DNA from: Candidatus Micrarchaeota archaeon
Lineage (GTDB): Archaea > Micrarchaeota > Micrarchaeia > Norongarragalinales > Norongarragalinaceae
Direction of reading: 5' to 3'
Length of the DNA: 64,000 nucleotides
Assembly (NCBI GenBank): GCA_016207165.1
Contig: JACQQD010000008.1
Coordinates: 96,001-160,000, forward strand
A program made the translations under genes and the position numbers. The notes beneath the pieces were generated by a model. It was given only the letters and a program-made list of their open reading frames with translations, was not told the DNA's origin and made no database searches. Positions 1-10,500 of this stretch are shown here, piece by piece (position 1 is the stretch's first letter; each line of letters begins with the position of its first letter).

Positions 1-2
1 AG

Positions 3-521
3 CCCTCCGAATTATCGCGTGCAATTCGCTTCAGCATCCAAACTCCTACGAGTTCTACTTCCATTGAGGATGCGTTTGACGTGCTGTATTTGAACATTTA
101 CAATCCAAAGACTGGAACGCAAAAAGCCGCGACCGCGCGAATATGCAAGACCAACACGCAATCCTACAACCTTGGCTGCGACTTGTCTGTTCAAGCTTAC
201 TCGTCTGCGTCATTTTATGCTGTGGCTACAGGAACTTGGCTCATCAACCTGGACTACATCGACAAAACCGGCAAGCTCCAGAAATCCACGACTCCGCCCA
301 GCGTAAACATCCAAGTCAAGCAAGCCACGGCCAGCAGCGAATACATTTTCTACGACCCGCAGCCGACAGAGGCTTTCCGGGTGGGACTTTCCGAAAGCGT
401 CCGTGTTCGCATTCAAGGATTTAAGTACGATTCAGCCGGTCAATTGGTTTATGAATTTACTTCCAACGAAGCCACGTACGAAATCGCAATTCCAAGTGTC
501 ACCGAGGTAAAAACATCATGA
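3..521 (+). CDS. hypothetical beta-rich (probably surface) protein, 5'-partial
   Basis: The frame of ORF 81..521 stays open back to base 3 (PSELSRAIRFSIQ...), so the gene starts before the window. Beta-strand-like sequence. Confidence 0.7.
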   Translation, partial: PSELSRAIRFSIQTPTSSTSIEDAFDVLYLNIYNPKTGTQKAATARICKTNTQSYNLGCDLSVQAYSSASFYAVATGTWLINLDYIDKTGKLQKSTTPPSVNIQVKQATASSEYIFYDPQPTEAFRVGLSESVRVRIQGFKYDSAGQLVYEFTSNEATYEIAIPSVTEVKTS

Positions 522-554
522 CCGTGTCCTTGGCTCCAAGCGAGGTATTCGTCC

Positions 555-3005
555 GTGCCCTCCAATAACGTTTTTCTGGGTTTCGCCTTCGTCGTCTTGG
601 TTGGAGCCGCATTCTTTGTGGCGGGCCCCGACCGCGTGATTTCGGGCTTGGTCGTCGGCAAGGAACTGAACTTTGACGGCCCTACGTTGGTCAAACCCGA
701 CAACGTTTTTCCCCCAGGAAAAAACGACGTTTGCGATGGTGGCCTTTACTATCTTTTCGGGACGTATGATTCACTGGTGAATACGCCAGACGGGCGAGTC
801 TTTAGCCGCGTTGGTGACGTGGACGGAACCAAGCTGGGCAGCTGTTACCAACTGGCTTCCAGTGGCTCGTCCTCCACCCAATTGGAAGAAGCGGCTCCTG
901 CCCCCGCACCCGCTGCTGCCGGTACAGTTGCAACCGATTCAACCACTGCTGCCAAAGTCTCCACTTCCGGCTTGACGCTGTACACCATGAACAAGTACGG
1001 GTTTTACCAGCGGGGCGGGGACCAAGTCCAACCCTCCAAAGACCTTGAAGGTTTTGCCGCGTTTTTGAATGAAAAGCGGGGCGGCGACGCATCCATCAAG
1101 GAAGATATTTTGGTTACCAGTTCGGCGGGGTGCGAGGCTTCGTCCACCGGTGCGTGCCAGCACACCAAGGGCGCCGGTTTCACCCTCAAGTTGATTCCAG
1201 GCCAGGGCGGTGCGTCCGGCGAATTGTTCATCGCCATCCACAATCCGGTGGCCAAAGCGACTTCAGCAAAGACTGAAGCGGAAACAACCATTCAGTTGAG
1301 TCCTGTCGCTGAGGACCTTGAATTCGCAGAACAACCCTGCGGAGGATTGTATAATCGACCTGGACTAACCGAACTTACGGGACCTGATTATTGCAGCGGC
1401 ATTAACGTAGGGAATCAGTGTACTCGCACGGATGGACAACCGGGAATCTGCATAAATCAAAACGCCGAACTTGATTCTCAGTCACGCGCTTTCTGCATAT
1501 GCGATGCTATTGGTTTGCAGTCCATCGGTGCATCTGGGAATCCTGCTTCCGGCGGTTCGGGAGCGGCTTCAGCACCGGCTGAACCCGTTGAAGTGCAAGC
1601 AGACAAGACTCCCGATTTTTCTTCCGCCGTGATGCTGGTCTTGCAGTCCTTGATGCGCGAGGAAACGGACTTGAAGCCGCTCAAGGCCGCGTTTGACCAG
1701 AAGAAATGCGAGGTCAAGTCCAGCACGCCGCTGGAACTCTCCGTCACGTGTACGGCGGACTTCAAGTTGTCCACCGCGGCCACGCCTCCCGCCAATCCCG
1801 TGGAACAAGGCAAGGGCGTGCGCATCGACAAGCTGTACTCGCCGGGCTCCTCCTTTGAAACCAATCTCGAGGTTGATGCGAAGACTGGAAAACTTTACTT
1901 GGAGTTTTCGTTGGAGCAGGCCTGCGCGAAAAAAGACGAGTGCCAGTATTCTTTGAAGATTGGAACGGTGGACGTCATCGTGAAAAAGGCGTTGCCGGAA
2001 AGTGCGAACCTGGTCCGCAAAATCGTTTACGTTGATTCGAAAGGCAAGGAAGCCGTGCAAAAACTCAAGGAAACCGACACCAAAGCCGTTCTGACCGTCT
2101 ACCGCAAGGACGCCGAAAACAAGGACGTCCAGTTTGAAGCGGAAGCCACCGTGAAAGTCTTGCCGAAACCAAAGCCTGAAACGCCACAGCCTCCTGTTGG
2201 AACCGAGCCTCCCGCTCTCGCAAACCCCCAGCCGCCTCCGACGGGTGGCGGCCCTGGAACCGCGGGGTTGACGGGTGACTCGTTGTGCACGGGTGGCACT
2301 CCAGCGGGCGTTTGCATTGACACCAACACGCAAACGTGTTCCACCACTTTGCTAGACAACCGTTGTTCAGGCGGAAACAACAAGAAGTGTTGCACGGGCA
2401 CGGTTTCATCCAAGGCCGGTGGCGGGGGTCCTCAGACGGCGAACGCCTGCAAAGACGGCGGTAATCAATGCGTTGCGGCTTCAAGCGTTCAAAGTGGCGC
2501 AGTAACTTGTTCTAGCCAACCGGCGCTTTCAGGTTGTGCAAGGGGCGAACTTTGTTGCAAAGTGGAATCCGCTCCGGGGGCCCCTGCGCCTAAGCCTGCA
2601 ATTGAAGGTCAGGCGTGCGTGGGTGGTTCTACCGGGACTACAGGTACGTGCGTTCAATGGAATCTCTGCGATCAATCAACTTACAAACGGGAATTGGCAG
2701 GTTCTGGCACGTCTTGTAGCGCGAATTACGTTTGTTGCACTCTTTTGGAGAGCCAATCTTGCCCCCAATATGGCAGATCTGCTTGCTTAGCTCTCGCAAC
2801 GAAGGGTGTTTGCACTTGGCACCCATACTATGAATGCAAATGCACGAACGAAATTCGTACTAGTTCTTTTGGTTTTGGTACTTCCGAATGGTGTGAATCC
2901 AGATCCAGTTGGGGTCTTTCGTGTCAGGCAGTGCTTGTCGATCCAACTGGTGCAGGCGTTTGTGGCCCGCCTGGAGTTGCTGTAGTTCAAGCCAAACCCG
3001 GTTAG
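555..3005 (+). CDS. secreted or membrane-anchored Cys-rich protein (816 aa)
   Basis: N-terminal hydrophobic segment (VFLGFAFVVLVGAAFFVA), Pro/Ala linkers, and three C-terminal C..C..C..C..CC modules. Confidence 0.85.
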   Translation: MPSNNVFLGFAFVVLVGAAFFVAGPDRVISGLVVGKELNFDGPTLVKPDNVFPPGKNDVCDGGLYYLFGTYDSLVNTPDGRVFSRVGDVDGTKLGSCYQLASSGSSSTQLEEAAPAPAPAAAGTVATDSTTAAKVSTSGLTLYTMNKYGFYQRGGDQVQPSKDLEGFAAFLNEKRGGDASIKEDILVTSSAGCEASSTGACQHTKGAGFTLKLIPGQGGASGELFIAIHNPVAKATSAKTEAETTIQLSPVAEDLEFAEQPCGGLYNRPGLTELTGPDYCSGINVGNQCTRTDGQPGICINQNAELDSQSRAFCICDAIGLQSIGASGNPASGGSGAASAPAEPVEVQADKTPDFSSAVMLVLQSLMREETDLKPLKAAFDQKKCEVKSSTPLELSVTCTADFKLSTAATPPANPVEQGKGVRIDKLYSPGSSFETNLEVDAKTGKLYLEFSLEQACAKKDECQYSLKIGTVDVIVKKALPESANLVRKIVYVDSKGKEAVQKLKETDTKAVLTVYRKDAENKDVQFEAEATVKVLPKPKPETPQPPVGTEPPALANPQPPPTGGGPGTAGLTGDSLCTGGTPAGVCIDTNTQTCSTTLLDNRCSGGNNKKCCTGTVSSKAGGGGPQTANACKDGGNQCVAASSVQSGAVTCSSQPALSGCARGELCCKVESAPGAPAPKPAIEGQACVGGSTGTTGTCVQWNLCDQSTYKRELAGSGTSCSANYVCCTLLESQSCPQYGRSACLALATKGVCTWHPYYECKCTNEIRTSSFGFGTSEWCESRSSWGLSCQAVLVDPTGAGVCGPPGVAVVQAKPG

Positions 3006-3042
3006 AGTCCTGGTTTTGGATGACGGGGTTGGACGGGTTTTC

Positions 3043-3070
3043 GGATTTCGCTGACGAGCACGGCTTGCCG
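3043..3070 (+). repeat. 28-bp direct repeat, decayed copy of the start of the 3276-aa gene
   Basis: GGATTTCGCTGACGAGCACGGCTTGCCG is identical to 4593-4620. Confidence 0.9.
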
Positions 3071-3113
3071 GCTGAATTTCCTGGGTGCGGAGCTCGTTTT
3101 TTGGGAAGGGTGG

Positions 3114-3740
3114 TCAGGCGCTCTGTTTTTTGATTTTTTCGAGGGATTGGGCCTTGAATTTCTTGAAGGAGTGCACGTTTTGGCCGACGTATTTCAGGTC
3201 GTCGGGGTCAAAGGTTTTCACGAGGGAAACCAAGTCTCTTTGGAAATCGTCGAGCCCGTTTTTCTTCAATTGTTTTTTGTAGGTTTGAAGGTCAAAGGGC
3301 GCGTGCATCAAGAGCGTGAGGATGTCGATTTCGTCTTTGCGGCCTTTGACGGAGTCTTTCCGGTCTCGCCAGGCGCCAAGCTTTAGGATGAGGAGGGTTT
3401 CGGGTGAGGCCACAGAAAAGCCCTCGATTTTTTGGGCGTGGCGGGTGATGGTAGTCGGAGGCAACGTCAGCGTGGAGTAGTGCGCCACGTAGATGTCGAT
3501 GTCGAAGAATTCGTGCTTGATTTCGTATTTCTTGAGTCGGTCGTTCTTTTGGATGGGATGCGTTTTTTTGAGTTGGTAAATAGTTTCGTCGCTGACGACG
3601 ATGTCGATGTCCTTGGATTTGTGTTGGCGCGTCCACAAGTACACGGCCCAGCCGCCAATCAGGGTGAACGCGAATTGTTTCTGGATTTTTTGGAGGGCGG
3701 TCCAGGACGCGTCGGTGGCGGTTTCAGGCCAGAATTCCAT
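3114..3740 (-). CDS. nucleotidyltransferase-fold protein, putative type IV TA (AbiEii-like) toxin
   Basis: LIGGWAV...SKDIDIV motif of Pol-beta-like NTases and a C-terminal K...RKDxxDI. Overlaps the upstream HTH gene. Confidence 0.75.
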   Translation of the reverse strand: MEFWPETATDASWTALQKIQKQFAFTLIGGWAVYLWTRQHKSKDIDIVVSDETIYQLKKTHPIQKNDRLKKYEIKHEFFDIDIYVAHYSTLTLPPTTITRHAQKIEGFSVASPETLLILKLGAWRDRKDSVKGRKDEIDILTLLMHAPFDLQTYKKQLKKNGLDDFQRDLVSLVKTFDPDDLKYVGQNVHSFKKFKAQSLEKIKKQSA

Positions 3741-4332
3741 GCAGTTTCCCCTCCAAGGCGTTCAGAAAGTCTTTGGCGTACCAGTGGGGCAGGTTCCACA
3801 CGTCGGCGTAGAGGTGCGGGAGGCTGACGGCGTTTTTAGCGGCGGGGATTCCCGAAGGTTTTTCCATGACGAACAAGTTTTTTGGGCCTTGGGCCGGCGG
3901 AAAACGCTTTCTGACTTCGTTTGCGTCCTCTACGTACGCGTAGACTTCGCTGTAATCGGCGGGGACTTGTCCGAAGTGAAGCTTGAATCCCGTGTAGCCG
4001 GTGAAAAGCGTTCCGGCGGGCATGTTTTTCTCGATGTCGCGGGGATTCATGGCGCCGGCCCGCGTACTGTACGCGACGTCTTTTTCGAGGTTGCGGTGGC
4101 TGCACCAGTACCAGAGGATTTTTTTGGCGTCCTGGACGTGGAAGCCTCGGGGACGGATTTGGATGGCGCCGACGCGTTCCAAGGGTTTGAGGGCCGCGTT
4201 GACGGTGGAAAGCGACGCCGGAGAGCGCCGGGCCAGTTCGGCTTGGGTGCCGGTGCTCCGCCCGTTCAACGCATCCTGAAGCAACCATGCCCACGCGCAT
4301 TCGATTCTTTTCATCTTTCTAATTTTAAGCAC
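3724..4332 (-). CDS. winged-HTH protein, putative cognate antitoxin/regulator
   Basis: TQAELARRSPASLSTVNAALKPL HTH and C-terminal VSLPHLYADVWNL. Operonic with the NTase. Confidence 0.75.
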   Translation of the reverse strand: MLKIRKMKRIECAWAWLLQDALNGRSTGTQAELARRSPASLSTVNAALKPLERVGAIQIRPRGFHVQDAKKILWYWCSHRNLEKDVAYSTRAGAMNPRDIEKNMPAGTLFTGYTGFKLHFGQVPADYSEVYAYVEDANEVRKRFPPAQGPKNLFVMEKPSGIPAAKNAVSLPHLYADVWNLPHWYAKDFLNALEGKLHGILA

Positions 4333-4347
4333 CTTAGTATATAAATA

Positions 4348-4365
4348 TTTCGATAATAGTCGAAA
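4348..4365. promoter_or_regulatory. inverted repeat, putative autoregulatory operator
   Basis: TTTCGA-N6-TCGAAA in the AT-rich promoter just upstream of the HTH gene. Confidence 0.4.
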
Positions 4366-4572
4366 GATTTAATTTTCCTGTTTTTTTTCGTCAAAAGTGG
4401 TCTCAGCGGGCCGGATGCGTGACCGTCAACATGCCGTGGGAGGTGCCGTGTTGGTGATGTTGGACCGAATGCTTGCCAAAGACGCGAAGCTCCACGTGGA
4501 TCTTCTTTTGCTGGATTCTGAGTTAGACGGCTGGCTAACGCCTTTTTATCCGTTTGACGCCTTCTTTTTGCA

Positions 4573-7500
4573 ATGGTTTTCGACTCGTTTTTGGATTTCG
4601 CTGACGAGCACGGCTTGCCGTTTCGGTCGTGGGCGGAGGCGTTGGAGGAAAAAGGGATTCCTTCCTTTGTGCTGCTTCTCATTCCGATTCTGGTTTTGGG
4701 TGCCGCGGCGTTCGTGCTGTTAAGCCAGGCGCCGTCCACGGGAACCGTAAAGATTTACGCCCAAAGCCAGGACGGGCAAGTTTTGGAAGGCGTTTCCGTG
4801 TCGCTGGTGGGGCCTAACGGCTTCAAAAAAGAGGTTGCGACGAATGCGGGGGGCTTGGCGGCGTTTAGCGACGTGCCGGCGGGCACCATTCGCGTGCAGG
4901 CGTTCTCCAGTCAAGTGGTTTTGAAGGAACCGGCGTTTGACGTCGTCGTGAAGGCCGGTCAAGTGGCCACGGGCACCGTGTTTTCGGAGGTTTCCACGCG
5001 GCAAAGCGTGGTTTTGACCGTGGATGTGCGCAATGCTGCGGAGGCGACGATTCGCGTGTTTGATTCTAAGGACGGCTTGGTTGACATGGCGTCCGGCGTG
5101 ACGAGCAATCCGTTTGCCGTGGCTCCGGAGAACACGTACCGCGTGGTGGCGGAAAGCGACGGGTTTTTGCCGGCGGAACAGGACGTCACCGTGGCGCGGG
5201 ACGCCGTGTTCGTGGAACTGATTCTCCAGGAAAAAGACAAGCCCACGCAAAGCCAGGTCCACGTCAACGTGTTCCAGCAGGGCTTGGAGGAAGTGCCGGT
5301 TGAAAACGCGTCGGTTCGCATCGTTTCCGGGGATCAGGTGTTGGCGGTTCGCGAGTCCTCGCAAGACGGCTCGATTGTTCCTGTGGGAGTGCCGTTGGGC
5401 GCGAACGTGACGGTTTTGGTGTCCAAGGAGGGCTTTGCGGAGGGCGTGCGGAACTTCAACGCGTCGCGCCTCGAGGAAGTCGTGGTCGTGGAATTGCAGA
5501 AGGGGGTTGCGGCCACGGCGGGAGTGACGATTCGCGTGCGGGATTCGGCGGGTAACCCGGTGTTTTCGCCGATTGTGCGGCTTTTTGAGAAAGGGCTCTT
5601 GAAGGAGGACGTGTTCGCGTCGGACGGCGTCGCTCAATTCGACGTTTCTTCTCTTTCGGATTTGTCGGCGGAAGTCTACAAGTCCGGTTTCCTGCCCAAA
5701 CGCGTGGAGTCCTTGCAGCGCGACAATGCCGTGGTGTTGGAACGCGCGTCGGCGAACAATTCGGGGCGCGTGCGCGTGTTGGTGTTGGACCGCAACGGTT
5801 TGGAGGTCTCCGGCGCCGCGGTGCAATTGTTGTCCGAAGGCCAAAAGCCGCTTGGAATCCCGCCCCGGCTTTCCGGAACCGATGGCGAGCAAGTCTTTGA
5901 CGACGTGCCGCTGGGGTTGGCTGTGGCGCAAGCCGTTTTGGGTCCGCGCGTGGCGCAAAGCAGTCCGGTGTTGGTCGTGCCTTTGAACCAATCCAACGAG
6001 ACGCGGGCGACGGTCCAGTTTGAGCCGGTGGCAGTTGACGTGCCGGTCCGCGTGACGGACAAATTCAGTTCCTCGCCCATTCGCGGTGCGAAAGTCGTGG
6101 TGGCAGACGGGTCGTGCACTACGGCGGCCGATGGCGCGTGTTTGTTGAAGTCGTTGGAAAGCGATGACGCGGTTTTAAGTGCGACTGCCAACGGCTTTGA
6201 GTCCTTTGAGTCCGCCGCGTTTTCGGTGTACCCCGGCATGCAAGTCGTGCCTGTGGAATTGGTGTCGGCGTCGGTGGCCCGCGACGTCAAGTTGTCGTTT
6301 GACGGTGTTTTTGATTCGGCGGGAAGGAAAGTCAATTTCCTGGATCCGGTGACGTCGTACGAGGCGCGTTACACCATTTTCCAGCCCAACGTGTCGTTTT
6401 CCAAGGCCGAGGCGTTCATTTCAATTCAAGGCGGCGCCGTGTTGCTTGGCGGCCAGTCCCAAAAAGCGCGGGTGACGAAAGGCGGGCAGAACGATTTCCA
6501 GGAACAGTTCGCGTCCCAGGAAGTCGCCATTACCCCCGAAGGGTTGTTTCCAGCCACCGTGGACGTGCCGGCCGGCGGTCAAGTCGTTTTCTCCAACGAG
6601 GACAACGCCACGCACGTGTTGGCGTTTGACGACGGACAAAGCCTGTCGTTGAATCCCGGCGACAAGCGGTCCCTGGCCTTTAACGCGGTGGGTTCCTTCG
6701 GCTTCAAGTCGCTTCGCTCCGAAACCCTGTCGGGTTTCGTAACGGTCACGGAGCAAGCCGTTTTCGAGGTGGATGACGCGTCGTCTGTTTTGTTCGAGTA
6801 TCCTTCCTTTAACGGCTCCAAGCAACTCACCGTGCGCTTCAAAACAAGTCGCGAGGGCGACGTGGTCTTGTCGCACCGATCGGCGTTTTTCACTCCCGTT
6901 GAAGCTTTGCGCGACCCGTTGGAGGGCGTCAAGCAAAGCGGTTCGCTTTCGATTCGGTTCCAGGGCACGTGCGCGGAAAACCTTTGCGTACAGCACTACT
7001 TCGAGTTTGGTGGCAGAACGCACAGGGAATTGGAGTTGCCGTTGGGCGAGCCGGCGGAATTGGTTTTCAACGTGGTGGGCTTGGAAAAACCGGGTGAAAT
7101 TCGGTTGGACGCGTCGCCGGGATTGGTTCTGCTTTCCGGCCGCACCGAGACGTCGTCGCTTCAAATCCGTTCCAACGAGTCCTCAACCATTCGCATTCCA
7201 GCCGGCCGTTCTGAAGTCCGCATTCAATTTGAGGCGCGCCGCCTGGCGGAGGATGCCTCCATTGGCTTTGCCGTGGCCTCGGACAACGCGGTTCTGTTCG
7301 AGGGTGACGCGTTCCTTCATGTTTTCGCCAAGACGCAGCCCGCGTTGGTCGTGTCGGTTCGGCCCAGCAAGGTGTTGGCGTTGGAGCAAAGTGCCGTGAC
7401 GTTTTCCGTCAAGGACGGCTTTGGCGAGCCGGTTTCCGACGCGTTGGTTGTTCTAGGCGATGCGGAGGCCAACCCGTCCAGTCAAGTAGGCCAGTACGTC

Positions 7501-10500
7501 GTGGAATCCCTTCAACCGGAGTCCTTGCAGCCGGTTTCCTTTGAAGTGCGGAAAGAGGGGTTCAAGGTGTTCCGCGGCTCGCTTTCCGTGGAGGCCCCGG
7601 ATTTTGTTTTGGAGGTCTCGCCGAGTCTGGTGTCGTTGTCTGTGGATTCCCGCGAAAAACAATCGGCTCCGGTTCAAGTGACGAACTTGTTGGGCGACGC
7701 CCTTCGCCTCGCCGTTTCCGTGAACGTGGAGTCCGGCGGGGAGTTGACGGACGTTGACGTGTCCACGTCGTCTCTTCGCTTGAAGGGCCACGAATCGGGT
7801 TCCTTTGACGTGTTGGCTTCTTTGAAGGAAGAAGTCATGCAAGTCGCGCGCCGCTCCGGGGCGCTGACCGAGGACGTGCGAGGCATCGTGCGCATTCGTT
7901 CAACGGCCAAAGGCTTTTCCGACGCCCAGGAAGTCCGCTTCCAAGTCCAAGCCACGCAAAGCCAGCAAAGCCTGGATGACGTGTGGCTTTTGTCCCCGGA
8001 TTCCTTGTCGTATTCCTTGGAGCCGCCGCGCACCAAGGCGGAATCGCAGGAGGTCACGGTGTCCAACAACGGGCCGTACCCGTTGGTCTTCAACGTGGAA
8101 CAAACGCTGGGGGGGCTTTCCGTTCAACCCGCGTCCTTGGTGATTCCTTCCAACCAAGAAGACGTGTTCACCGTGCGCGCGTCCACTCCCAACGAACTCA
8201 ATTGCTTCAGCGACGACGTGCAACGCCAGGGAGCCATGACGGTTTATGCGTCCTTCCAAGGCATCACGTCCAAGAAAACCGCGCAAATCAACGTCGACGT
8301 TCTGACGTCAAGTCTCGTGTGCGCGCCTCCCAACGGCTACCGCGTCACGCTTCCCGTGGACGCCCGAATGATGTTCCAAAGCGTGGTGAAGACCAAAGTA
8401 AACCCCGACGGCTCGACGGCCGTTTTGTTGCCCGGCGGGCAATTGATGTGGTTTGAATCCGGGGCTTCCGTGACACCCGTGGAAGCGCAGGTGCCGCCCT
8501 CCACCGGCTTCATGTTGGACCGGTCCTTGGTGCAACCGCTTCCGGAAGGCGGTTGGACGGTCCGGTTCCCCGTCCAAGTCGTTTTAAGCATTCCGGATGA
8601 CGCGGACCGCCAGCCGTTCGGCGGAGGCCAAACCATCATCACGATTGAGAACGCCCAAATCATTTTGCCGCCGGGAGTCCAATCCGCCCTGCCGCAGTTG
8701 ACGCGCCAAGCCTCCAACGAAGTTGTCATTCCACCGCTTTCGCCCGTCACGTTCCGCCGCGTGCCGTTCAACTACGACGCGTACGCCAACTTGCTGCCTG
8801 CGGACTCCGTGGAAGTGCATTTGCCGGCGGACGCGGTGTTGGACTTGCCAGCCGGAACCGTGGAACGCAAGTTGCCCAAGCAGGCCTCCACCTACGATTA
8901 TCTTTCGTCGCGGCAATCCACGGAGAATTTGTACAACATCAAGGCCATCCAGTTGCCGGGCGGCGAGCGCTTGGCCTTCGGGGACCAAGCCGCGATTTTG
9001 ATTAACCCAAGTTCCCTTCAAAACAATCCTTCGCAGGTGCGCCTGCCGGCGGATGCGGCGTTGTTTGTTTCACGGCATCGCGTGGCGCAAGTGGAAAACC
9101 GCGACGTTTCCGAGGCGTTTACGTTGACCATGCCGGTACCGTATTCCTTGACTGTTCAAGGCGAGCCGGTGCCTTTTCAAACCGAAGGCGGGCTTTGGGG
9201 GTTGAAAGTCAACGAGAAAGCGACTGTCGAGGCGTCCTGGAAGCCGTCGGTGACCAAGACTTCCTCTCAAAACGTCGTGCGCGTGGTGCGCGAGAATAGT
9301 TTGACGTATCTTTCCGGCGCGTCGGCGCGCATTCCAGTGGACCCCGCTTCTTTGGCTAAGTGCTCGTTCTCGTACGAACACGAGCAATCGGTGTCGTTCT
9401 TGATTCCGCAAGGCGCGTCGCTGTCCAAGAAAGCCGGACGCTATGAAGTCGTTTTGCCTCGGTGCGACGAGACGTCCAAACTCACGTTCCACGTGTCGGA
9501 TTCCGCTCTGGGAACCGCTGACGTGCTGGAGACGCCTGCCATCCGCAAGATCACTTTTCCCGATTCCGCCGAAGTGCTTGGCGACTTGTCTGCTTCCGAA
9601 GAAAAGCAGGTGACCGTCAAGGGAACCATTGAGTTTGTGGCGTGCCTCAAGGACGAGCAAGGCAAAGACGTGACGGAGACGCTCAAAACCATGCGCGTGG
9701 GCTTCAACGAGAAATCCCTGGTTTCCGTTCCCGAACGCGCGATTCTGGGTTTGTCCAAAGACCAACGGGAAATGGATTTTGAAGTGTTGACTCCGGTGAC
9801 TCTCAAACCCGAAGGCGTCACGTCGACTTCCTTGGGAAGTACCAAGAAAATGACGATGGAGCGCCAGGGCCGTCCCGTCACGTTCGTGGGCCCTCCGGAC
9901 TACGACCGCACCGGCATCGTCATGGAGCCCGGCTCCGAATTGTTGTTCGTCCCTGTTTGCCAGAAGGGAACCGGTCGCTTGGACATCACGGCCACCGCCG
10001 AAGACGTCGTGGTCCGCGAAAAAGACAAGACCGAGAAAGCGCCACTGGAAGTGACGTTTTCCAACAAGAACTTCAAGAAATCCGAGTCCCGCGAGCTGGT
10101 GTTGATCAACTCCGGCACGCAGGCCGTGAACTTGGACGGCGTGTCCTCGGAGGCCGACGCTTCGCTTGACCAACGGTACCGGACGTATTTGACGTCGATT
10201 CTGCGCACCGACACGGACCACGCGTTCCTTCAAAGTCCAGGCGTGTTCGGCCAAAAACAGAAACTCCGTTTGGAGGGCCGCGCGCCGTCGGAAGAACCCC
10301 GCCAACACGTGTTCGTCGTGAAACTGGAATTGCCGGATGACATGGTCATCCAAAACCAGTGCATCAAGTCCGAGTTCGACGGCGTGGCCATGAACGGCGC
10401 CTACGTGTTTTCCTTGACGGATTTGAACGGCGACGCGATTTCCGAAAGCCAGAACCACCGCATGCCCGTTATCGTCCGCTTTGACGCCAAGGCCGAGGAC

